A DNA stretch of 63,999 nucleotides, the filler included, from Streblomastix strix (lineage: Eukaryota), in assembly GCA_008636045.1 (NCBI GenBank). It is 4 parts of 4 records of this genome, joined end to end, with 100 filler letters (N's around TTAATTAATTAA, not from the genome) between each part and the next. Parts side by side here need not be neighbours in the genome. Positions count along the whole stretch, not along the records: positions 32,106 to 48,054 come from SNRW01000903.1; positions 48,155 to 63,999 come from SNRW01000922.1; 2 more parts are not named here. One strand, given 5' to 3'. Shown here piece by piece: positions 43,231 to 56,236 of the stretch; positions within the stretch are counted from its first letter, which is position 1, and each line of letters begins with the position of its first letter. Position numbers and translations under genes: made by a program. The notes under the pieces were generated by a model. That model did no database searches. It had not been told where the DNA came from and was given only the letters and a program-made list of their open reading frames with translations.

Positions 43231-43854
43231 ATGAGTGAAAAAGAGCTTATACGAATCCCTGAAACCGTGCAAGTGTTAATACCGTTGCCTATAATAGATA
43301 AAGATTTTTAAATAGATTCAAATAATATTAAACCAGAAGATATTATAAATATGGAACACCCTGCAACTAGCAATTTCATAAACTTAGCCGCGAGATATAT
43401 TACGAAGTTCATTTCTTCTATTATTTTCACGAAGGATAATTAAATTGAATATTAGAAGAAAGATGAGATTCTTTTTCTGAAAATCAAACATTTCTTCTCG
43501 TACATTCACGATTTTGTTCATCAGTCTGGGTCTGAGTTAATTCATACAATTTATTTGGTTCAGAGACTTATGGAATCAGAAGAAAAAGACTTTGATGAAC
43601 ATCAAAGTAGCATGATGATATCTGAAAGCAATTTGGGAACAGTTTTAATATGTGCTGCAATGCTTGCGATAAAGGTTCAACGTGATGTCATCGAATATAA
43701 AAACAGTTGGTGGGCAAAAGCTTTTTAAATTAAGTTAGAAATACTCAATCACAGTGAGCTTGCATTTTGCATTCAACTGAATTTCAGATTTGCCCTATCT
43801 GATTAATAGTTTAATAAAGTGCAACACGAGATTGAATTATTATCTCTTGTTTGA
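43231..43854 (+). CDS. Cyclin, PHO80/P-type cyclin-box protein (207 aa, intronless)
   Basis: ELIHTIYLVQRL..SESNLGTVLICAAMLAIKVQRD..YKNSWWAKAFQIKLEILNHSELAFCIQLNFRF. Confidence 0.8.
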
Positions 43855-44867
43855 TATCAAGCTATTAATATTATTAGTTTTCATATATTTCCAAACATTG
43901 TTTTATTGTTAATAATAGTTTTTAAAAGAGAATTTTTCTTTTAATAATTGAATTAGCACTATTGATTATTTTCATTTTAAATATCTATTCTTTTAATTGA
44001 TTTCAATTTGCATTCTAATAAGACACCTTTTTACTGTTGAATTATTATTTCATGTCATTTAAATATTTGAATATATTAATTTATATTTTTAATTTGATTA
44101 ATTTTCATAAAATAGTTTCTCTTTGAATTTTAATGTTTGTAATTATGCATATATTATTTCGATATAAATACACTTAATCTCTTTAAAATTCATTTTGAGT
44201 TTATTCCTTACTTCAATGTTTATCAGCGACTTTTCTTAAGTTTATAATTATCGGTATTCTACGACTCTTATCTTCCCAAGAATATCATCTTTTGTTTTAT
44301 AATTTTTAATTAAATAGGAGAATAAGCTTTAATTGAATTAGATTTAAACAGATCAGACTCCGAATATAATTTATGAATTTATTAACATCTATTAAACGCT
44401 TAAACTTAATTTTGGATAATATTTTATTAATTGAGTATTATAAACAAAAATAGTAGGTATTGAATTTAATCCATATCCTTTTTGAATGAAATAATTAATG
44501 TTTAAAAACCTAAAAATAAATTCAGATATCCGTTTTAGGGCCGGTCACCGTTTTAGGGTCGGACGCCCATACTGTCTTGAAATTGCTCAGCTATTCTAAC
44601 GTTTACTCAGCTTCATCAATTTTAGCTACATATCTACTGTCAACCAGTTCAGAAATAACTGCTGCTCTTTTGAAACGGCACGAATTCTGGAAGGAATGGC
44701 GGTAGCTTCTGTTGCTGCTACTGGCCTTGCTACGGTTTGTGCTTGAGTTTTTGATTCATAAGCATTGTTAGCTTTTCCAAATTCTTATTTAACATTTAAT
44801 AATTATATTATTTTAATAAATTAATAATTGAATTTAAATTTCAATTTAAAAAGTTAAAAGTACTCAT

Positions 44868-45235
44868 TGAAATTTCCCTATAATAAAGTATAGGGAAAAT
44901 ACCTATATTTCGAGATTTTGATAAGGGCAGCTTTTACTATGATTTCATATAAATTATAATTAAATTTGAATATATATTACATATATATATTTATTATGTT
45001 GATTGATTCATTATTAAGAAAAATATTACTAACAACAAATTAAAAAACTTTAAAGGCAGCTGATAAAAGCATACAAAATTAAAAGTTATATATCCAAAAC
45101 CCAACTGCCATCAGCCGATATCTCGCGTTTTCAACTACTATATGATTAACATATATATATATATATATTAAACAATATTTGATCATACTTGGTTGTTTCA
45201 GAAAGTTCGCCGGAGGGACTTTTTCCCGCTACCAT
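44868..45235. repeat. Dispersed non-coding repeat, homologous to 48155-48478
   Basis: Shared blocks CCTATATTTCGAGATTTTGATAAGG / CCTTATTTTTGAGTTTTTGAAAAGG, GCCATCAGCCGATATCTCGCGTTTTC / GCCATCGCCAATATCTCACGTTTTC and GACTTTTTCCC. A 10-bp hairpin TTTCCCTATA..TATAGGGAAA lies at 44873-44898. Confidence 0.65.
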
Positions 45236-45239
45236 ATTC

Positions 45240-48054
45240 GTTTATCTTCCTTTATATTTTGGATTCTTAGAAGGATGTAAGTCTCATTTATGGTCCAAAA
45301 CCTCTTTGCACTTTCAATTATTCCCCAGATGATAGTTAATTTAATATCACCATTCGCAATTTCTTAGTTTCATCTTCATTACAGTGGCCCTAAAGTTTAT
45401 TCATCATATTATTCATCATGTTTTTAAATTTTTCATTTTGCTCAGTATTATTGATGTATTAGACTTGTTTTCCTGTATATACTTTAATATTAACTTTTCT
45501 TTTAGGATCTTCTAAGAGAAATGGTAGATGATTAGCAGCTTGATTGATTGGGATATATTTGGATTATTTTACGCCATTTATGAGTTGATAGTTAGGGTCT
45601 ATAACGAATAGCGATTATTTCTGACTTGATTATTAATTTTATTTGACTTATTTTAGTGATGACGATGGTGATTATGATAGAGATAGTAAATAATATTGTT
45701 TAGTAAGAGAACCGGTCTTAGATAATGAAACTTAGTGAGTTAGATTAAGCAACCATGGCAAAGTTTATTTAGTTTAAATTGGACTAAATTCAGAAATATT
45801 ATTCAAATCATCACTTTGTTCTATTAACTGGAATTACAAATTACCAGGTGCTTCTGTTTTAGATGTATGGATTGCTTCTGGTTGGGTAGTTTATTCAGCT
45901 TTCTTATTTTAATTTTATTATCCATTCCTAGGAATGTCTTCTATTTACTGCTCAATGTTCTACTCCAAATCAATAACATCTACCTATTATCTCTATTCAT
46001 TTTATATGTTATTAACTGTGACATCCTGTTATTGAATTTGTAACATCTAACCATTGCGTTTATTCATTCTATTATTGCTATTGATGTTAACATTTTATTG
46101 GTGGATTTCTATTTTTCTCTATTGACTTCTTGAAGTTAGTTAATCTTTTACTAGATTTATATGTTCACTTGTTAATTCAATTATTCTCGATTCTCCTCTG
46201 CTGTGAGTAATTACTAAGCCGTTCGAAAGTTCGCAATAGGGATATATATTTCTAAGTTTATTGATTCTGGATTTGTCCACTAAGCACTGATCTCTTCGTC
46301 GAGACTTGGGAGAAATGATATATTTTCTACTAAAGGCTTCTTTTTTAGCTGTTCGTAGAGTTGCATTAAAAACTGGATTTTGAACTGTTCACCAAGCCTG
46401 TTCTCCTTCGTTGTATTGGACTCAACATTCCCTTAATAGATATCAATCAATCTCGAGATGAAGACCTTCAGCGCAATCATCATTATTCTATCCATTTCCT
46501 GAGCTTTCACTTGAAATCACTATTCTTCTTTTCCTGCCTCCTGCAAAGTCTAATTAAACATTGCTGTCGTTTCGCTCTTTTTAATGTTTGTGATTGTTGA
46601 CGTGATCATGGTCATCATCGTGGTCATGATGGTGGTGATGGTTATCGTCTTCATCTAATTCCATTCGTACTATATCCAGATATAGGTCTGTATCAACTTC
46701 TCTCCAAAATGCTTTCCATTCGCTAATTGTTAAATACTCATGTCTAGAACGTCTTTGAATAAATACATTGTCATTTTAGGAGGCCATCTCCAAATCCTCA
46801 ATAATGTTCCCCATTATCTTTTAGACCTAACCTTCTTAATATTTAACATTTCTATGCCCAAAAATCTCTGTTATCAATAAATTATTGATAATTAATATTT
46901 ATCGATAATTCCGGAGGGTTTACCTGAGTGAAGAGACTTTAATTTATCCCATATGTGCTCTCTTCGTTCAAAAATGGCTATAAATCTTATGCAATCATCC
47001 TTGTCAGGGCTGTTCCAGGTGATTCAAGTAATCGTCATTTTACGTATCTAGATTTGTTAACCTGGAATTATTGCTGCCGCACTAATGTAGGAGGCCTAAT
47101 TGTAGGTAAACGATTGTATTATTAATTTAATTAAATAATGTTCTAAATTTGGAAGCTAGATTGAAAATCTTAATTAGCCATTAATATTAGTGCTAATATA
47201 GTAAATAAGATCGATTATTAAGTTTATTACATTACAAATAATGGTTGGCTCTACATGAACAAAGGTAGACTTTCTTTGATGCTCAGCTATCTGTAAAATT
47301 AAAAGCTATAGCTTGAAGAAAGATGATCCTGCTAGAAAAGGCCTGACTAAGGGAAAACCTGAAATTATTGTATTGTTGAATATATGCCAAATCCTTGGAA
47401 TGGATATAATATCTATGTTCTTGGTATCAGCTGTCCTGAATAAAATTGTTGTATAATCTAAGTTGGTGTAAACGTCATCAGTTGCGGAATATATTGTACC
47501 GGTCCCATCGTGTTTGCGGAGTTTTAGCCATCTTTCGGGATTACTAGGTCCTGATTTCCTTATCCTTGTATCAGTCTCAACGCATGAAATGGTTGAATTG
47601 CGTTTGACACAAATCCATTATAGCCCGGAGCTACTTATTAGGCCCCTTAAGCGATTTCTTTCATCTGAATCAGGATATAAGTTGACCTTTCTGCGAAGCA
47701 TTGTAGTGCAGCATACATGCTTACTAGGTAATTAAATGTCTCTGTCGTATTCCATTTCAGTACATGTTGAGTCGATTGTATTGATAAAGTGTGTAATATC
47801 AAGATTTGAAATTAAAAATTCTGAAAATATCACTTAACTCGACAGTTCGCGGTGTAGTTGAGGATTTGGCGCGGTGGTATTTCTGCGAATTTAGTTATCT
47901 CTGAAGCTTGCAAAGTTCGCGCCTTGTAGTACCATACTTTCGCAAGCGCGATTGGATTCGCTCGAAAATCTTCTGTGAACGCGTTCCGTCCGATTAGCAG
48001 CTCCATGAATTTGATGATAAAAAAATGTATCTCCTGCATCAGAGATGTCTTCCT
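45240..48054 (-). mobile_element. Degenerate, intronless Gln-rich ORFs of probable TE origin (family not identified)
   Basis: Higher GC than flanks and long minus-strand frames under TAR=Q broken by TGA and frameshifts. No catalytic motif recognised. Confidence 0.3.
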
Positions 48055-48154
48055 NNNNNNNNNNNNNNNNNNNNNNNNNNNNNNNNNNNNNNNNNNNNTT
48101 AATTAATTAANNNNNNNNNNNNNNNNNNNNNNNNNNNNNNNNNNNNNNNNNNNN
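48055..48154. other. Artificial contig linker
   Basis: N44-TTAATTAATTAA-N44. Confidence 0.95.
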
Positions 48155-48477
48155 CCTTATTTTTGAGTTTTTGAAAAGGCTAGCGATTATATTAATTATA
48201 TATTGGTTAACATCATATATGAACATATATAACATATATATACTTAATATATCCGACATATCTATAATTAAAAAGATTTTAAGGACTTTATATTTTTATA
48301 CCCCCCCCCAAAGCTTATAAAAATTTAAATTGTTCCATAACGCGAAGACTGGCCATCGCCAATATCTCACGTTTTCTTGTACTAATTAATATACATATAT
48401 AGATATATAAATAAAAAGTTAATCTCAAACCGTCGTTCCATAAAGTTAACCGCAGCGACTTTTTCCCAACATTATAC

Positions 48478-49215
48478 ATCAATAGAAAAATCCTTTGTAC
48501 AAATTACGTTAACCATTGAATTTTGTTATAATTTGTATGGACCCATGTTACAATAAATATGAAATCCGCCTCTTGCTTATTTAACAAGTCCAACATTGCG
48601 ATGTTAATTGTATTTTTCCATCAAGATTTCTGCATCTTCTGGATTTACATTGCAACCTTCAAAATCTTGTTGTTTTGCTGGTTAAAATAGTTTTGTTATT
48701 TTATTTCTTATCGTATCACGCTGTGTAACATCTAATTTCTCTTTATGATCAATGTCTATATCTATTACAGCCAAGTATTTGCATTCTGCAATCTCAAGAG
48801 TATGCCCCGTGCATGTTTTATTCTTATTTTACTTGATATATACTTTTTCCGATTGATTATTAGTTTGATATGATATCTTATTATAATTATGCAGATTGAT
48901 TGTCGCAAACTAAATTCTGTCAACAAATCTTTTTGATATTTCATTTTTAGAACGCTCTCGATATGATAAATCATGCGTTTTTGCTTGAAATGAACGATTT
49001 TCATTATATTTACGAAGATCGATGTAAAGATCTATTTATCGGTATTTTCCATGCGATTTATAGCCTATTTATTCATATAACGAAGGATTATCTACTTCCA
49101 AATTATAAAGTCCAGCCCGCGACAGTTAAATTTTTGTTTCATTTCTTGATTTTTCCCCGATTTATGTATCGTAACGGATATATCCGAGATTTGAGACTTT
49201 TTCTTATTTGTACAT
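48478..49215 (-). pseudogene. AEP-family primase-polymerase domain, truncated after ..DFSIDV by a repeat insertion
   Basis: KYLAVIDIDIDH (DxD motif) and VGLVKQARGGFHIYC (His motif). Frameshift near the 5' end. Confidence 0.75.
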
Positions 49216-49398
49216 TTGCCAATTTACTAAAAGTGACAAAATAAAAAATCAAATGTCATGAATTAATAATTAATTATGACAAAAATTAAAAATTAAAAAA
49301 TTAAAAATAAAAAATAAAAAAATTTAATAAAAAATCTTTTTTAATATTTCAATTATTTTTTACGATTCTGTCTTTTTTGACATTTTACCAAATCTCAA

Positions 49399-52300
49399 AT
49401 GACAGCCAGTTGACGCCGCAGACGACGTAATCAACGCCGATATTAGCCTCCGCAATCATAACCTCCAGTAAACAAGGCAAAAAACAATAAAAACTGCACA
49501 AATTATCAGCAGTTTTAACTGATGCGTGATTTGTTATCGCAAAAGCTGCGTAATCAACAGCAAATTCGGTAAGCTAAAAATGCGCCGACCAAACCGCCCG
49601 CAACGTCAACAAGAAATTAACCTAAAGAAACCGTCGAAAATTAATCTAGAAAATAGCGTCGCAAACTTTAATCAGAATCTGGCAAACAGCAAAATAAGAA
49701 ACGTAAATAACGTAAATCAACAAAAAAATAAGAAAAGAAATAGATGTGCGATTAGATGAACCGTGAAAATTACTTATCTTGAATATAACATTATGAACAA
49801 AGTTTAGATAAAAATTCTCGAGAAATTCTCAGGAAAAACTAAGTGTAAATTCAAGATCTCATCGATTAATAAGGAGACTCCGTTTTAGAACTAGTTTCTT
49901 CTGGCGATACCGAGTTTATGATATTATCTAAGCCGCTTAATATGTGTTTGCTTACTTAAGCAATTAATGAAGCAAGAACCCGAAACAGTGGAATTAAATT
50001 CGATTTTCATAATTTAACTGATACAACTGCAATAACTATTGATTTCTGTCATAATGATATCCATTAGCTGGAAGATATTGATAAATTCATTGAATATATG
50101 TATTCACATGAAAAAGGAAGATTTTTCGAATGTACTTTTGACTTTGATGTCAGTAATGAACATAAAGAAATGCCAGAAAACATGAAGGAATTACTTAAAA
50201 ACAAGAAATTTATTCATAAACTCTAATATTTTGACGGGCGTTACTTAGTTACTTATAGAATTAAACTTTCTGATAATAATTTCAGTTAATTACATGCTCC
50301 AATAATTCACTTCGACAGAAATTCAATCGATATTTTCAAACAATTCGTACGTTTATCAATTTTATTTATGTAAGAGATCGGAGAACTAACTGATACAAAG
50401 GAATTGATTGTCGCAATCTTTTCCATGTAATTTACATCTAACAGACTACCTTTTCCAGGCAAATATATGGAAGAATTGATTAAAATTCATAAGAAAAAGA
50501 ATATTATCAAATATATAGATACTGACGATGATTATAACATCTGTTTCTAGTATAATATAACATGCGTAACTATACCTGATGCGAAAAACGTGAAAATTGA
50601 TAGACATAAACGAATTGCAGTAGGTAAACGTTTGTTATTTTCCTTTTGCGGAAATCCAGAACAAAATTAACGTAAATTTCTCAAAGAATATCGAGGATTT
50701 AATTGAAATGATGCAAATTAAGTTGCTAAAAAATTCAATTTAAATATCAATTATTATGAATACGTCTGCAAAGGATTCGAAGATGATATTTAAAAACCTA
50801 AATATTAACGATTAATTTAATATCCTGATATATAAGTTGAAGGACGAAAACCTTATAATATTCTCTTATTAAATGATAATATTGACAAATAACATATTAT
50901 ATATATTATAAATATCGAGAAACTGATTGGCTTACTTATTTGTACAATCTGCAATAATCAAGCAATCTATGCAATTGATGAAAATAGACATGTTTAACGC
51001 AAAATGGACGATTATCTTAAAGAATTCATGATGAATCTTGGAAATTCAAATAAATAAATAAGATTAGGGAAGTTTCCAAAACCATTTTTACCGCATATTA
51101 CATCGAATTAAACTTATAAATATCATCTTCCACACAATCGATTATACGAATATAAACCAACATAATATTGTATAATTTTTCTATTTTACTCACTATTTCA
51201 ATAAGATGATGAAATAAAATTCCTTTTAATCAAACATATTTCTGTTGCATCGGTAACTAAAACAAAGTTAAGAATAAATAGATGCTATTTTGTATGTAGC
51301 GATGCAAGTTTCATAGATTGTAGGTTTGATTATCTATTTACATATGCAAATTAGATTAAAATCGATAAAAAATACTCTGATGAGGTACCATAACGGTATG
51401 AAGTATTTGTTATCGGATTTGATTTGCAGATAACGTTAAAGACATTGATTTTCAGAAATCTTCGATCGAAGAACTATGAAATTGTCGATTTTGTTGTGCA
51501 AGCATCATCTTCTAAATATTTTATAGTAAAACCAATTGAAAAATATCTAGAAATCATGATAAAAACAAGATTAAAACGTAATATCCATTCGTTTTATGTT
51601 TCTTGATGCAAAGAACTATTTAGTTGACAATATTTCCTTTGCGAAATTCATGGAGGACGTTGGTTAAGTTAACTTTTAAGAAAATGATAGCCTTAAGGCC
51701 GGCAATGGAATTGCTATTCTCGAATAATCAAAATTGATAATAAATTCCATCGATATTTTAATAAATCTATATTTCAAAAACAAAATTGACTTATTAACGA
51801 ACATTTCACTTGCAGAACTTGCTTGTCTTGAAAAATATTTTTATGTTTATAAGAATTTTGATATAGATTACTCTTTAAAACGCTAACGTATTTAATATGC
51901 ACCATAAATCGACGAGCAAACATTCAATATAACAGAGAAACAATAGAAATATAAAGTGGAATCTTATAAAAAATTAGACAAACTAAAAAAATGACGAACA
52001 GATCACAATATATCTGATTATCATCTGAAATATTTTCAAGATTTATTCATTTCTTCTTGTTGTCACATTTGTAAAACAAGATTTGTTTATAAAAATCTGC
52101 GAACTATTGACAGAATAGATAATGAAAAATTACATACAAAAAACAAACGTTAAGCCTTGTTGTCTTTACTGCAATAAATATGCGTCAAAAAAAGATAAAA
52201 ATCTATGTCGATTTACGATCTAATAACGTTAATTTACATAACTTAATCATCTAGCAATGATTATTTCTGATTAAGATGTTTATAAAATCTTACGGAACTG

Positions 52301-53795
52301 TATGATAGGAGGAAATTCGTACGTTATGCTCAGAGAAAATATTTTTTGATTAATGCCAATTAACAAATTTAAATATAATTCTCCAGATAAAACAGTTCAT
52401 TCCATCAATTTGCCCCATATCCTATCGCATATATCATGTTTTGATTTCAATTCCTTTTATCCTTCAATAATGAGTTCAAATTCGCATTTTCTGATTCCAT
52501 ACGCAAATCATAAGATGTATATGCCTGGAGATGTAACTTCAGTAACTAAAGATGAATACAGAGCAAGATAAATAATTTATAATGAAAATAAATTCTCTTA
52601 CGATGAGGATATCATCGAAAACAAGGTTTAATTGTTCATTGCAATTGTTAAAGCTCAAATTCCAGAAGAATTTATCAATGAATTTATGGATTTTCCTGTA
52701 AATTGGTGTTATCTTAAGATAATATTGAATAAACGAACCGTCGGGGAATATATTTATAAAAATTTTATTGAACATCACATGGCATGCGATAAAGAAGAAT
52801 CAAAATTACTTATGTTATTGTCGACGCATAATGAATTCATAATTTTTACCAATTAATACTTATAGTTTCTTATAGATAGATGCCATCTTGTTATAGATGA
52901 AGTACAATAAATTAATACATAAAGTAAAAATACTTCATTTCATGAATTCGTCAATGAAACTCATAAGTATAGATGTGATGTATTAGCTGCTGGAAATTAA
53001 AACCTGGAATTAATGTTTAAAACAAAACTGAATGCATCAATTAGTTATGACACATTGCATACTGAGAAATTTTCAGATATTAAGATATGATACAGATAAA
53101 ATCTTGGAATGTGCCATATGCTAAATATATTTAAGTAAGAAAGAAATTAAACTGATAGTTTTTCAATTGTTGAGTTAGAATAGAGGTAATGTTAATACTC
53201 CACATCGTTTTAAGTTGCTTATTTCGTGATGGATAATTCCAAATATTTTTATCTTAATAATTTCAATACTTTTCTTGTTCCATATCTTGACATGAATAAA
53301 ATACATGTAATTTATGGTGATACAGACAGTTTATGCTTAGAAATCGCAGATAAAAATTTGCCAATTCTGTACAAAAAATTATTGAATAAATTTTATCACA
53401 AATTTTTCCAAATTTCAGATTAAATTCATGAAATGAAGATATTACTTGGTTTGAATATTGAACATCAAGTAATAACTTGCTTTGCTTTAGTTTCTAAGTG
53501 TTATTATTCAGTTACATAAGATAACGGTGAAATATTGAAGCTAAAGGGGTTTAATTAGTTGCAAAATTCCAATATTTTACGGAATTCTTTTATCAAAAAT
53601 ATTTATGATGATTATCGCACTGAATTAATATGGAAATTTGTAATTCAAAAATAAGGTTTAATGTCAGAAGTAATATTAAATCGTGTTAGAATTAACGGAA
53701 TTAATACAAAAACAATAGTTCTTAAAAATCAGTCATGCGCACCTCTGTTGTATGGAATTAAAGATGGTAAATATATAATTGATGAATCGCTTTGA
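49399..53795 (+). pseudogene. Protein-primed family B DNA polymerase (Polinton-type)
   Basis: Motif A CFDFNSFYPSIM, motif B FKTKLNASISYD, motif C IYGDTDSL, then SKCYY and KLKG. N-terminal DYNICF..HIIY and CxxC; endonuclease VII-like insert. Many frameshifts and TGA stops; start approximate. Confidence 0.92.
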
Positions 53796-53854
53796 ATGAG
53801 CAGCTTTTAATCCGTCATTTATTATCTTAAATTATTTTTGCATAAACTTATAAA

Positions 53855-55034
53855 TGAATGCGCAAACATAGGGGAAAATAACATAATGGATCGAATATAT
53901 CGCATATCGTAACATAAATCAAATAAGATTTTAAGAGTTTACTAATAATTTAAATAATTAAAATCTCGGAAATTCAACGAAAAGATGCTTGAGCAATTAT
54001 ATAAATAGTACATATAAAAACATGATTAATCAAGTGATGCAAGATTGCAAAACAAACCTAGGTTGCATAGTTAAAAAAATGCTTCTGAAATAGGAATATA
54101 AACAGATTTATCCATTCAAATCGAAAGTTTAATATAATATAAGAAGACTCATGGTGAAATACCCCAAAAAGGACAAGAAATTCCTTCAGATTATTAAATT
54201 AAACCATTAACTAAGTTAAATCGTCCATGTTATTCTCCACAATTCGGATATTGGGAAATCGACTTAGTATTTTCAATGGATGAACGTATAGTTCGAGTAA
54301 ATTTAATCTATTTGTTTTGCATTAAGATTAACACAAAATATCTCGTAGTTTTCCCATTGAGAGATAAATCTGCAGGTTAAATTAAGAATGCATTGTAAAT
54401 ATTGGTTAAGAATTACAATGTTACGAATATCAGGGGCGATGGCGAGAAATGATTTAACGGAAATATATTGAAAACATTCTGTTAAGAGAATAATATTACT
54501 TCATTCTTTACCGATTCTAAATTTACAAATCATAACAGAGTTGTAGATTCAGTTATCAGAACCATTCGCAATGGATTTAGAAATGATTATGGGAAGTCTG
54601 CAGATAACGATATAATGCAATAATTGATATAGATGTATAATTAGACTCCTCATTCTGCCTATGACAATAAATTTACACCGGAATAAGCCAATTCTAGTCA
54701 TGATATTCAAGGAATTTACATAAGATAATAGTAAAATTAGCTCTTTGAAATCAAAAAATAACAAAAGAAATAAGGACTTATGTCAATCTCTCAGGGAAAT
54801 ATTCTTATGATTCATCTTGATTATTCTAAAACAGGGCATCAGGTCGTTAAATAAAGAAGAAATTTCAATGAATTAGCCTAATTCATAAGAAATTCGAATG
54901 GAATTGTGGTTGCTAAGTTAATAAAATTATATTCTGATGTGAGTGTTATCGAATTACCTGCATAATATTGCAAATTGGTAGCAAAAGATATAAGTTAATT
55001 AGATTAAAAATATTAATAGTATTTCAAAATATGA
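53855..55034 (+). pseudogene. Retroviral-like (rve) integrase of Maverick type; in-frame TGA ~54450
   Basis: WEIDLVF, YLFCIKINTKYLVVFPLRDKSA, IRGDGEK*F, HNRVVDSVIRTIR, YNQTPHSA..TP. Confidence 0.88.
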
Positions 55035-56236
55035 GATCTGCGAAAATAGAAATTGTCTTATTATAAAATAAGCATATTGAAAAAATGTAAAATTCTACAA
55101 AATTCGCTGATTCTAAGGAGATAATCGTCACGATTTAAATATAAAACAGAAGAAGTACTTAAAGCTGATGAAGTTAGCCTTAAACGTGCATGTGCAAAGG
55201 AATTACTAAAAATGAAAGTTTATCGATAATTTGCACCTGATTCTTAGCAATATTTAAAAAATAAATTGAAAAAATTGATTGAAAACAGTGAAGTTTACCT
55301 TGGTTTATTGCATTAAATCGTAGATAAATACGATGAAAAGGATAAGAAAATAATGGAATTTGCAAATATTTGTTGATTTGAAAGAAGCTGTTTAATAAAA
55401 ATTAGATAAAATTAAAAAAAAAATGGTTTTTAGACATAGATTTTTCACCAAACGAAGTTTGGCGACGAGTAACGCAGTCTCCATAAATCTTTTTCATTAA
55501 ATCGTATTTCAGGAATTTCTTCTTATGGTTAAGTAACTTAATCTTATGGCGGAGTTTATGATTGAAGTTATTAATCTTCCACTGATCTCTTTTACTTAAA
55601 TATCTTTATTTTTTCGTTATACTTTTCAACTTACTTTATTGAAACAACTAGTAATATACCTTTAAATGCAGTAATATATGCGACTAAATAATCTAGTAAT
55701 CTAATAATATGGACTAAAGTAGTTGCTATTGATTGATGTATTAATCCTAATGATAATATTATAATTAATATAATGTGTTAGTTTTGGTTACCGGATGATT
55801 TTGCTATTTAGGTTTGTGTTTCATATGCTATTCATAATTAATCGGCAAATTGAAAAATATTCACTTCATGATTAATCAGTTAAAACTGAGCGACTGGAAA
55901 GATTGTCGAAATCCGTTCGGTAAAATGAATTTATTAAGCAGCAATAATTTTAATTATCATGATTTCTATTGTCGTCAGACTTCGTGTAAGTTTTAAGATT
56001 CAATAACTTTAAATACAATAAATATCTCCACAACTTTACAAGTTCCTCATCTTATTTTTCTATGGCTTCCTTAACGAAACACTCTATTTTTTCATTTGAA
56101 TACTTGGACAAATGGAAAAAACATGCGTAATTATTTGGTTTTTCCTTATTATCCATCTTGTTTTTGTTTCTCATTCTGTAAACAAATTAGAATATATAGA
56201 TAAATATATTCAATTGCACTAAAAAAAACATCAAAA

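Noticed and set aside
44532..44558. TTTTAGGG as a telomeric tract
   Set aside because: Only two non-adjacent copies embedded in a longer GC-rich motif.
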